NCBI GenBank assembly: GCA_964619725.1
Contig: CAZUFC010000004.1
Location: forward strand, 75,420 to 139,419
DNA length: 64,000 nt
Origin: an uncultured bacterium
GTDB taxonomy: Bacteria; CSSED10-310; CAZUFC01
Direction: 5' to 3'
Notes under the pieces: model-generated
Seen by the model: the letters and a program-made list of their open reading frames with translations, nothing else
Database searches by the model: none
What the model was told of the DNA's origin: nothing
Made by a program: the position numbers and the translations under genes
Shown: piece after piece, positions 20,505-28,919 of the stretch
How positions within the stretch are numbered: position 1 is the first letter of the stretch
How the letters are laid out: every line of letters begins with the position of its first letter

Positions 20505-21495
20505 CGGTTTTCTGCAACAATACGCGGTAAAAAGAAATCTGGCTTTCAACAAATCAAGGCTATCATCTTTTGGAAAACTAAAAGGAACTGTTGCTGGAGC
20601 TAACGTTGAAATTACATGGACCGATCGTCTGCCGGGTTATGCTGGAAAGCAAGGCAGAAAATCTAAAAAGGAATATTTTACACGCGTCGCCGTCTATTTC
20701 TTCGGCGGATTAGCGAAAAAAAAATTGGAATCATCTTCTTTTCTTCACGTGACAAATGATCCCGAAAGTTCATCTTACGTTATTGAATATAATCCACGCT
20801 ATTTTCATAAAGAAAACGAACAACTGGAGACGCTCCTTAACGAATTTGAATGGTCTGATCATATTATCGACATCAGCCTGTTTCCGGCGACTGAGAAAAC
20901 CCGAAGTCAAGTCATCATTCATCATGAAGGACTGGTGCAAAGATCGGAGCTGCTGGACAAATTGTTGAAAATCGCTCTTTACATAACATCGGTCATGACG
21001 GGCGAACATTTTTCAGAATACAGTTTTGAATTGATCGAGCCGGTTTTCAAGCCTGTGAAGAAGCGGCGATCAGCGGCTGCATTCATCATCATTCTGGTAT
21101 GCCTTATCGCTTTAGGGGCTTTTGTTTTCTACAACAAAGAAAAAATAAAGGAATCTGGTTTTTATGAGAATCTGCGACAAATAAACTTGCCTTTCGCCGG
21201 TTTTCAGTCAAGGCCTGAACAGGCGCGGCAAGATTTACAAGAGTTGGTCAATTTATTGAACGAGTATTTTCTGAATAATCAGAATGTTTATCCTGACTCA
21301 TTGGCGACAATGATTCCTGAATACATTGAGGAAATCCCGAAAGACCCGTGGGGAGCTGTTTACAATTACAGGAAATTCAACGAGACCGAATACGTTTTGT
21401 ATACATTCGGAAAAGACGGCAGGCGAGGCGGAGAAGATGCGGCCCGGGACATAATAGTGGACAGCGGAATAATCATGGAAGAAACGAACCAGTAA
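20485..21495 (+). CDS. Membrane-anchored protein with a C-terminal type II secretion GspG-like domain
   Basis: About 195-aa N-terminal domain, one TM segment, then YP.SL...IPKDPWG..Y.Y...LYTFGKDGRRGG...DI, which is the GspG C-terminal signature. Confidence 0.65.
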   Translation: MKKTLYNGFLQQYAVKRNLAFNKSRLSSFGKLKGTVAGANVEITWTDRLPGYAGKQGRKSKKEYFTRVAVYFFGGLAKKKLESSSFLHVTNDPESSSYVIEYNPRYFHKENEQLETLLNEFEWSDHIIDISLFPATEKTRSQVIIHHEGLVQRSELLDKLLKIALYITSVMTGEHFSEYSFELIEPVFKPVKKRRSAAAFIIILVCLIALGAFVFYNKEKIKESGFYENLRQINLPFAGFQSRPEQARQDLQELVNLLNEYFLNNQNVYPDSLATMIPEYIEEIPKDPWGAVYNYRKFNETEYVLYTFGKDGRRGGEDAARDIIVDSGIIMEETNQ

Positions 21496-21507
21496 AATTG
21501 GATAATT

Positions 21508-21549
21508 AAAAAAAAGAAGCCTGACCATGTATGGCAGGCTTCTTCTTTT
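21508..21549. terminator. Bidirectional rho-independent terminator
   Basis: AAGAAGCCTG/CAGGCTTCTT stem flanked by an A-run and a T-run, between convergent genes. Confidence 0.8.
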
Positions 21550-21558
21550 CGTGATTCA

Positions 21559-22809
21559 TTACAGCCCATATTGAGCGATTATTTCTTTTTTGTCTTTGCC
21601 TAGAATATCGTATTTCTTGCCGACTTTGATGAATGCTTCAATGGCTTTGTCGAGGTGCTCACGGGTATGAACGGCTGATATTTGAGTCCTGATTCTAGCT
21701 TGACCTTTGGGAACGACGGGAAAAGCGAAGCCGATGACGTAAATGCCTTCGTAATAAAGGTCTCGGGCCATATCCTGAGCGAGTTTAGCATTGTAAAGCA
21801 TAATAGGAGCGATGGGGTGAATTCCCTCTTTTATATCGAATCCGGCTTCAGTCATTTTTTTCCGGAAATACATCGTATTTTCTTCCAGAATATCTCTTCT
21901 TTCAGTAGTTTTGGTTATAATGTCCATAACGGCATTAGCGGCTGAAACGACGACAGAGGGCATTGAATTGGAAAAGAGATAGGGTCGCGCTTTTTGTCTG
22001 CATAGTTCGACGATTTCCTTCCGGCCGCTGACGCATCCTCCGGCCGCACCGCCTAATGCTTTGCCGAGCGTAGTGGTTATGGCATCTATCCTGCCTAAAA
22101 CTCCGAAATGTTCATGCGTTCCGCGCCCCTTCTTACCGACGAAACCTGTGGCGTGTGAATCGTCAACAAGTACCATGGCGCCGTATTTTTCTGCCAGATC
22201 GCACATTTCGTCCAATTTCGCCAGGTCACCGTCCATAGAAAAAACGCCGTCTGTTATGATCATGCTGAATCGACAATCTTCTTTGGCTTCTTTTAATTTC
22301 TTTTCCAGATGTCGCATATTGGAATGCTTATACACATAGTGCTGCGCCTTACACAATCGCATTCCATCTACTATGCTGGCGTGAACCAGCTTGTCTGCAA
22401 TCATGGCATCTTCAGGTCCCAGAACGGCTTCAAACACGCCTGCGTTGGCATCCATGCACGAGGGAAATAAAATTGTGTCTTCAGTGCACAAAAAGTCCGT
22501 CAGTTTCTTTTCTAAGGATCGATGAATGTCCTGCGTCCCGCAAATGAAACGAACCGAAGACATTCCATATCCTCTTTCGTCCAATCCTTCATGGGCCGCT
22601 TTAACAACATCGGGATGACTGGATAATCCTAAATAATTATTCGCACAGAAGTTTATAACAGTTTGCTTCGGAGCTCCCTTGGGGAATTCCACCTCGATGT
22701 CTGCTCCTTGAGGTGAATGGATGAAGCGTTCTTCTTTAAATAGCCCCTGTTCTTTTATGCTGTCCAGTTCTCCTTGAAATGTGTTCCTGATAGTATCTGG
22801 ATAAGCCAT
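21559..22809 (-). CDS. kbl: Glycine C-acetyltransferase (2-amino-3-ketobutyrate CoA ligase)
   Basis: NFCANNYLGLS, GMSSVRFICGTQDIH, HASIVDG, TDGVFSMDG, DDSHATG, TLGKALGG (PLP Lys), RPYLFSN, ARIRTQ. Confidence 0.92.
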   Translation of the reverse strand: MAYPDTIRNTFQGELDSIKEQGLFKEERFIHSPQGADIEVEFPKGAPKQTVINFCANNYLGLSSHPDVVKAAHEGLDERGYGMSSVRFICGTQDIHRSLEKKLTDFLCTEDTILFPSCMDANAGVFEAVLGPEDAMIADKLVHASIVDGMRLCKAQHYVYKHSNMRHLEKKLKEAKEDCRFSMIITDGVFSMDGDLAKLDEMCDLAEKYGAMVLVDDSHATGFVGKKGRGTHEHFGVLGRIDAITTTLGKALGGAAGGCVSGRKEIVELCRQKARPYLFSNSMPSVVVSAANAVMDIITKTTERRDILEENTMYFRKKMTEAGFDIKEGIHPIAPIMLYNAKLAQDMARDLYYEGIYVIGFAFPVVPKGQARIRTQISAVHTREHLDKAIEAFIKVGKKYDILGKDKKEIIAQYGL

Positions 22810-22863
22810 CTTTCCTCCTTCATAGATTTCATTCAGGAAATTTCGCTAAAAAAATCATTAAAC

Positions 22864-23133
22864 TTATTTTAGTTGATCTTCAGGTACGTACTCCTTTAAA
22901 AGCTCTATAATGCTGTTGACGGAGTCGAAAGCGTCGGGGGTCGCTTTAGCATCAGGTATCTGGATTTTGAATTTTTTCTCAAGATACGTTTTCAAAGAAA
23001 CCATGGAGAAGGAGTCGACGATTCCGCTTGAAATAAGAGGCGTATCCGCCTCGATATCCATTTCATCATCATCATCTTCTTCTTCAAGATATTCATCCTC
23101 AATGTATTCAATTATTTCATCTTTTAAGGCCAT
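22864..23133 (-). CDS. Acyl carrier protein
   Basis: 89 aa and very acidic, with a phosphopantetheine attachment motif (PLISSGIVDSFSMV). Confidence 0.9.
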   Translation of the reverse strand: MALKDEIIEYIEDEYLEEEDDDDEMDIEADTPLISSGIVDSFSMVSLKTYLEKKFKIQIPDAKATPDAFDSVNSIIELLKEYVPEDQLK

Positions 23134-23155
23134 AATTCACGTCTCCTTTCGTAAT

Positions 23156-24856
23156 TTATTCTTCTTCAAGTGTTGAAGTGTCCCCGATGGGTTCACCAGT
23201 TTCTTTTGCCCTTAGAAGCCGCCGCATAATTTTCCCGCTTCTGGTCTTCGGAAGAGAAGGAACGAATTCTATTTCCTGGGGCATAGCCAATGGAGAGAGC
23301 CGTTTTCGAATATGATTCATGATCGAAAGTTCCATATCATCGTCGTGTTCGAATTCCGGTTTAAGCGCGATGAAAGCCTTGACTACTTCCATATTTATCG
23401 GATCGGGTTTTCCGATGGCGGCGGATTCGGCGACAGCCGGATGCTCCAGCAACGCTGATTCAATCTCAAAAGGACTGACCAGATGACCGCCGGTATTTAT
23501 AACGTCGTCATCACGGCCGACGAACCAGAAATAACCCTCCTCGTCGATTCGGCTTCTGTCGCCGGTTATGTACCAACCGTTTTTAAATTTTTCTTTGTAC
23601 ACGTATTCATTTTTCCAATAGTTGCGAAACATGGAGGGCCATTTCGGTTTGAGAGCCAGTAATCCCAACTGACCGGCCTTTTCCACAGGCTCATACGTTT
23701 TAGGCTTTAAAACGGCAGCCTCTATTCCGGGAAACGGTTTACCCATCGAACCCGGCTTAATCTTCATGCCCGGATAATTCGCAATCATGATGCTGCCGGT
23801 TTCTGTCTGCCACCATGTGTCATGGAAAGGCAGACCGTATGCTTCCTCAGACCATACTACGGCCTCGGGATTTAACGGTTCTCCCACGCTGCACAAGTGT
23901 CTCAACGATGACAGATCGTATTTTTTGATTATCTCTTTCCCTTCACGCATGAGCAGGCGGATAGCCGTCGGAGCGGAATACCAGACTGTTATTCTATGCT
24001 TCTGGATGGCCTCATACCACCTTGAAGGAAAAAAACCGCTGTCGAGGACATACTGAGTAATTCCAAGGCTCCAGGGTCCGATTATTCCGTATGAGGTTCC
24101 TGTTACCCAGCCCGGGTCTGCTGTACACCAATAAATGTCGTTTTCATCCAGATCGAGAACCCATTTCGTCGACAGATATTGAGAAAAAATTGAACTGTGA
24201 ACGTGCAAAGCCCCTTTCGGCTGTCCCGTTGTTCCCGATGTGTAATGAAGGACAGAAGGCGTTTCTTCATCCGTTTCGCATATATCGAAATGTTCCTTCC
24301 TGGGCGCAGCTTCCACTGAAAAGGGAATTTCTTTTTCCTTTAAGGTTTTTTCGCCGGCATCGATAACGATTATATGCTTTAAGTCAGGCAGCTTCTCTTT
24401 TATCGGTCTGACCTTCCTCAACAATTTTCGCATCGTAATGATTACATTGGCCCCTGAATTTTCTATCCTCGTCAATAATGATTCCTCACCAAAGGCCGAA
24501 AATAGCGGAACCACAACACAACCGTTCTTTAATATTCCTAAAAAGGAAATATAAAGCTCCGGGACCCTGTCAAGATATAGACATACTCGCTCGCCTTTGT
24601 TTACGCCGAGTTCTTTAAGCAAATTCGCGAATGCGTTGCTGTAATATCGCAGGTCGTTGAAGGTGTATTCTTTTGACTCTCCCTTGAAGTTTTCCCACAA
24701 TAATGCCTTTTTTTCTCCGAGTCCGAGCTCGCATATTCTGTCGCTGCAATAATACCCTATATTGATGGATTCGCCTGGTTTATAATTCAGTTCGCGCTTG
24801 GCAATGTCCCAAGAGAAGTTTTTTCTGGCTTCTTCATAATTACCGATGTTGTTCAT
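23156..24856 (-). CDS. acsA: AMP-forming acetate--CoA ligase (AcsA-like; may act on the ACP)
   Basis: YTSGTTGQPKG, WCTADPGWVTG, VGEPLNP, DTWWQTETG, GRDDD, LPKTRSGKIMRR. Confidence 0.88.
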   Translation of the reverse strand: MNNIGNYEEARKNFSWDIAKRELNYKPGESINIGYYCSDRICELGLGEKKALLWENFKGESKEYTFNDLRYYSNAFANLLKELGVNKGERVCLYLDRVPELYISFLGILKNGCVVVPLFSAFGEESLLTRIENSGANVIITMRKLLRKVRPIKEKLPDLKHIIVIDAGEKTLKEKEIPFSVEAAPRKEHFDICETDEETPSVLHYTSGTTGQPKGALHVHSSIFSQYLSTKWVLDLDENDIYWCTADPGWVTGTSYGIIGPWSLGITQYVLDSGFFPSRWYEAIQKHRITVWYSAPTAIRLLMREGKEIIKKYDLSSLRHLCSVGEPLNPEAVVWSEEAYGLPFHDTWWQTETGSIMIANYPGMKIKPGSMGKPFPGIEAAVLKPKTYEPVEKAGQLGLLALKPKWPSMFRNYWKNEYVYKEKFKNGWYITGDRSRIDEEGYFWFVGRDDDVINTGGHLVSPFEIESALLEHPAVAESAAIGKPDPINMEVVKAFIALKPEFEHDDDMELSIMNHIRKRLSPLAMPQEIEFVPSLPKTRSGKIMRRLLRAKETGEPIGDTSTLEEE

Positions 24857-24920
24857 TTATCAAGACTCCTTTTTGATTTGAAGCTGAAGATAGGTTCAGA
24901 TCGCGTTTGGAGCGGTTTCT

Positions 24921-25979
24921 TTATTCTTCACCCGGCATGGGATAAAAAACTATTTTAGATGAGCTTCTTGTTGGGTCCGCAGCAAGCTCAAGGCCTTCTA
25001 TCGCTTTTGAAAACGGCATCGTATGAGTTATTACGGGGGTCGGATCCACAAGTTGATTGTTTAACAATCGGCTGATCTGTATCCAGGTCTCAAACATCTT
25101 ACGACCGTTAATGCCGATTATATTGGCTCCCTTGAAGATTATATTATTCGCCAAGTCAAACTTGATCGGCTCAGGAGGTATGCCGAACGCAGTGTAAGAC
25201 CCTCCGCGTCTCAACATCGCAAAGGCGTCCGCAACTGCTTTCTCGTTGCCCGCCATGTCCAATACTACATCTACTCCGCCGTTTGTGCTCTCAAGTATTC
25301 GTTCAATGTAATCCTTCTCTTTCATTACATTATATGTGTAATCAGCTCCCATCTTCCTGCAAATGTCGAGATTGAAATCCTGCATACCAATATTGTAAAT
25401 CTTCGCTGCTCCCACAGCACGAGATATCCCGACGGCAAAAGCCGCAATCGGTCCGTCGCCCACTACGCCTACTCGCTGCAAAGATACACGACTTTCCATA
25501 ACTGTGTATGTCGCATTGCCGAACGGTTCCTGAATGGATGCTATCACTGGAGAAAGTGATGCAGCGTTTTTCCAGCAGCATACCTCCGGAACGGTTATGT
25601 ATTCGGCAAAACTTCCATTCCTGTCTACACCCAGAATCTCGACGTTTGAACATATATGCATCTGTCCCGTTAAGCATTGAAGACAATTTTGGCAGGGAAT
25701 ATGGGTTTCACCCGAAACATAATCACCTATCTTGATGTTTCTGACGCCCGAACCAATCTCCACCACTTCGCCTGCGAATTCATGTCCGAGAATTTGCGGG
25801 GTTTTAATGCGACTTTGAGACCATTTATCCCAAGTGTATATGTGAACGTCGGTTCCGCATACAGATGTCGCTTTTATTTTAATCAAAGCTTCATTTTCAC
25901 CCGGAATGGGTCGATCAACCTCAACCATCTCAGCTCCATAATCGGGCTTTAGCTTCACTATCGCTTTCATCTTTTTCAA
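24921..25979 (-). CDS. tdh: L-threonine 3-dehydrogenase (Zn-dependent MDR family)
   Basis: CGTDVHIYTWDKWSQSRIK, GHEFAG, VSGETHIPC..C..C.......C, EPFGNA, GINGRKMFETW. Confidence 0.85.
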   Translation of the reverse strand: MKKMKAIVKLKPDYGAEMVEVDRPIPGENEALIKIKATSVCGTDVHIYTWDKWSQSRIKTPQILGHEFAGEVVEIGSGVRNIKIGDYVSGETHIPCQNCLQCLTGQMHICSNVEILGVDRNGSFAEYITVPEVCCWKNAASLSPVIASIQEPFGNATYTVMESRVSLQRVGVVGDGPIAAFAVGISRAVGAAKIYNIGMQDFNLDICRKMGADYTYNVMKEKDYIERILESTNGGVDVVLDMAGNEKAVADAFAMLRRGGSYTAFGIPPEPIKFDLANNIIFKGANIIGINGRKMFETWIQISRLLNNQLVDPTPVITHTMPFSKAIEGLELAADPTRSSSKIVFYPMPGEE

Positions 25980-26092
25980 TGCTTTACTCTCTCCTTTTTA
26001 AATATTTTTGCTTTCTTCGAAATTTGCTTATTAATTCATCAAAAGACAAGATCATTACCGCTTGCGTTGCAGCGACCCTAAATCAAAAAGCG

Positions 26093-26383
26093 TCAGAATT
26101 TTACCAGCGAGCCGTCCACGAGTATCTCGTCGATTATGCCGACAACTACCGTTCGCACCGGCGCTCTCTTGTTATCAAGGATAAGTCGTGCTGAATTGCC
26201 TTCGTCAAGAACCAGAACCGTATCTCCGATACCGGCATCCACTTCACTGCATAAAGCCATCTGAGCGTCGCCGGTCTCGTTCAATTCCCTGTCTAAACGT
26301 CGTACAAGCAACATCCTGTGATTTTTCAGTTCCGGGTGCTTAGCTGTCGCCCAAACATTTCCTACTACCCTCGCTACAAACAC
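26093..26383 (-). CDS. Microcompartment vertex protein, BMC-P (EutN/CcmL)
   Basis: MFVARVVGNVWATAKH...DAGIGDTVL...AR...VVGIID. Confidence 0.92.
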   Translation of the reverse strand: MFVARVVGNVWATAKHPELKNHRMLLVRRLDRELNETGDAQMALCSEVDAGIGDTVLVLDEGNSARLILDNKRAPVRTVVVGIIDEILVDGSLVKF

Positions 26384-26385
26384 TA

Positions 26386-26655
26386 TTACACCTCATTAAA
26401 ATCAGCGCCGTCAATAATCCCTACGATTGCGGCATCAACCGCCGGAACTGTTTTGTAGGATACAGCCGCCTCACGCGAACCCACATAAAACACGAACTCC
26501 TTATAACCCGCTCCTACAGTGTCTATAGCCACGATCGGGTCTCCCCGGGGATTCCGTTTCCAATCTGTCGGCTGCAATAAAATCAACTTCAAACCCTCTA
26601 ACGGCTCATCCTTCCTGGTTGCTACTACACGGCCAATAACGATTCCTGGCTTCAT
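26386..26655 (-). CDS. Microcompartment vertex protein, BMC-P (EutN/CcmL)
   Basis: VIGRVVATRK...AIDTVGAG...SREA...VDAAIVGIID. Confidence 0.92.
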   Translation of the reverse strand: MKPGIVIGRVVATRKDEPLEGLKLILLQPTDWKRNPRGDPIVAIDTVGAGYKEFVFYVGSREAAVSYKTVPAVDAAIVGIIDGADFNEV

Positions 26656-26658
26656 ACC

Positions 26659-26976
26659 TTATTTCTTTCCGAAATACTCCTGAGTTCGTGACTTATCGAA
26701 GACGATGCGGCCGTCACGCTCAATTAAATCCACTATCGCCATGATTGCACAGTCACAAGGAGACCCCTCCGTTAATGAGGTTTGTCTCGCTGACGAACCG
26801 GAGGCGAACAATATCAATTCTCCCTCTCCGGCGCCTACAGCATCGACTGCCACCAGAACCGTTTCTGATGGTTCAAAATTAAGGTCAACCGGCTGGATAA
26901 TCAACAGCTTCCGGCCGCCTATTCTTTCTTCTTTTTGCGTCGCTACGACATTTCCTATTACTATGGCAAATTTCAT
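26659..26976 (-). CDS. Microcompartment vertex protein, BMC-P (EutN/CcmL)
   Basis: VIGNVVATQK...VAVDAVGAGEGE...GSSAR...DCAIMAIVD. Confidence 0.93.
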   Translation of the reverse strand: MKFAIVIGNVVATQKEERIGGRKLLIIQPVDLNFEPSETVLVAVDAVGAGEGELILFASGSSARQTSLTEGSPCDCAIMAIVDLIERDGRIVFDKSRTQEYFGKK

Positions 26977-27292
26977 TTGTTCCTCAAGTGTTCAGCGAAA
27001 AAAAACACCGAAGGAATTTACCATATGGGTCTCCGGGATGTCAATGCCGTTCGTTTTTAATCTCATATTTACACTTTTCTTTTGAAAATATTATGAGTCG
27101 CTCCGGTTTCAGACATCAACCGATTCAGAAGGACGTTTGGACCTCTTTAAAGCGACATCCGCAAGACGAATAAATCACACCGACATTTACTCACAACCCA
27201 AAGAGAATTTAAATCCTTTTCCTGTTAAAACGGAATTTCCGGCCGTCCCTAAGCTGAAAACTGAAATGAAAGGTTTAATTGATGATATTAAA

Positions 27293-27414
27293 AATCAATG
27301 GCTTATAAAATAGTCAAGCATTACTGAAAGTTAGAGATACAAATGAAAGACAATGATAGAATGCACAGTTTTTCCACAAAGTAATCACAGGTTTTCCACA
27401 GACTTTGTGAAAAA
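27293..27414. promoter_or_regulatory. IHF site plus DnaA-box cluster
   Basis: AATCAATGGCTTA (WATCAANNNNTTR) at 27293. TTTTCCACA at 27370 and 27392 and reverse TTTTTCACA at 27406-27414, with weaker boxes at 27359 and 27381. Confidence 0.55.
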
Positions 27415-27455
27415 TCATAAAACTTCAAGTTATTTCAAGAAAAATTGGAGTGAAG

Positions 27456-27813
27456 AGGGGGGAAACGGAATTTAGTAATTTGATATTTCATCATAAGTTA
27501 GGCATCACCGATAATGATTGCGAAAATCGATGTTTCATTTTACCCCACCCGACAGAGTCAACCCTACGTCCCTGTCGAATCTTTACCGGAGCCGTTGCTC
27601 ATAAAACGGGAGACAGATTTTATACCGTTTCCCCCCTGATCTTAAGGATTGCAGAATTGTTTGTTCAGAAGGTGAATCGGACAAGAAGTGTCCGCGATCG
27701 AACAGAAATTCGCACCCTCAATCGAAGAGTCAAGGGTTCCACTCAACCGCTATAATGGGAAGCAATAAAGGCGCCAGACGTACAGATTCAACTCTCAATA
27801 GTTCTCTGTACGT
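27456..27813 (-). ncRNA. Candidate structured non-coding RNA, family unassigned
   Basis: A perfect 13-bp long-range stem (27456-27468/27625-27637) encloses three hairpins, with four more hairpins upstream. Four stem mismatches read as G-U pairs only on the minus strand. Confidence 0.5.
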
Positions 27814-27877
27814 TAAAAGCAGTGAAATAAAACTGATAAAAAGTCGTGAGCTGTTGGGTGGAACTGTTCGTTTTCGT

Positions 27878-28915
27878 TCATATCTTTATAACTGCATCAT
27901 CTTCTGCATTCTTTATTTTTTGAAACGCGTAAAGGCTTTTCATGAATCCGAAGGGAATGAACACTGTGGGAAGATCGGCCAGTCCGTAATGAGGGATTTG
28001 AGCGTGAAAAGCTACATCACCGACAGCAATAATGAAATAAGGGACAAAAGCGACCGCCATCGACCAGAATATCCAACTCAGGGCTCGGATTTCGATTCTT
28101 GATAATTTAGTTTTAAAGTTTTGGAGGAAGGAGATGACTCCGCCGAGGAAAAAGACGAACCAGAGGAGAAAACCCAGTATCATTAGGTTCATTTCAAATA
28201 AGAGAGCGTTTTTTCCTTTTCTAAGAATGATCAGATTCATTATTTGCGCTGACGAGAATAAAAAGAGCGACGGCAGATAAATCCAGAATTGGAAACGAGG
28301 AAATCTTCTTAGCCAGTTCACTTTTCTTGGAAAAAGCAGGAAGAAATGAAAGAAAAGGACCGGCAGCGTATAGAAAATAAAGAGATAGACAGCCCTGTAG
28401 GCTTCGGAAAGAACAGTTGAGGAGAATCTTGGAGGAGCAGTTTTAAAAAAGCAGAAACCAGTGCAAAGCAGGAAAAAGAGAATCCCGAGTTTTTTTTCCG
28501 GCGGATTCAGAAATACAAAAACACCAACCGCCAGAAAAAGCAAGCCGACGATGTTGTTTATCGAGCGCTCCAGTACGGCATGCGCGGGTAAGGACTGAAA
28601 AGTTAAAGGAATTTCCAGGATATCATCTTGTCTTTTAACCTTGTAAACGACAGTATCGCCGACCTGGAAATTTCTTCCTATCTCAATAATGTTTTTGAAA
28701 TTGTCGACCGGTTCGCCGTTGACTTCAACTATTTTATCGTTTTCCATAAAACCCGCTTTTGCAGCCGGACCAGAAGGTTCAAGGTTTTTGATAAGGAAGC
28801 TTTTTTCTCCAGACCGGGACCAACCGGCATATGGAAACGAGAATGAATCAATGATTCCTGCGCCCGAGATAATCGTCAGAATCAGAACGGCGGCAAAAAC
28901 AGTAATTTTTTTCAT
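27878..28915 (-). CDS. PDZ-domain multi-pass membrane protein with no output domain
   Basis: N-terminal TM/signal, PDZ domain (PSGPAAKAG...DKIVEVNG), then about 7 TM segments including the HFFLLFP motif. The ATG at 28915 follows the tsaC stop. Confidence 0.7.
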   Translation of the reverse strand: MKKITVFAAVLILTIISGAGIIDSFSFPYAGWSRSGEKSFLIKNLEPSGPAAKAGFMENDKIVEVNGEPVDNFKNIIEIGRNFQVGDTVVYKVKRQDDILEIPLTFQSLPAHAVLERSINNIVGLLFLAVGVFVFLNPPEKKLGILFFLLCTGFCFFKTAPPRFSSTVLSEAYRAVYLFIFYTLPVLFFHFFLLFPRKVNWLRRFPRFQFWIYLPSLFLFSSAQIMNLIILRKGKNALLFEMNLMILGFLLWFVFFLGGVISFLQNFKTKLSRIEIRALSWIFWSMAVAFVPYFIIAVGDVAFHAQIPHYGLADLPTVFIPFGFMKSLYAFQKIKNAEDDAVIKI

Positions 28916-28919
28916 TTCT

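Noticed and set aside
21559-22809. Serine palmitoyltransferase or BioF, suggested by the adjacent ACP and ligase
   Set aside because: The Kbl signatures SVRFICGTQ and RPYLFSN are present, tdh is in the operon, and the ligase is acetate-type (WCTADPGWVTG).
27589-27615. Group II intron domain V look-alike (GAGCCGT...ACGG)
   Set aside because: Too short, with no GNRA loop, catalytic bulge or domain VI.
27456-27637. tmRNA, 6S RNA, retron msr-msd or MITE as the identity of the 182-nt closed domain
   Set aside because: There is no tRNA-like T-arm or tag ORF, it does not fold as a rod like 6S, no reverse transcriptase is in the window, and there is no target-site duplication.
27845-27875. T-box-like GGGTGGAAC
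   Set aside because: It reads TGGAACT rather than TGGNACC, has no specifier stem, and faces the 3' end of an opposite-strand gene.
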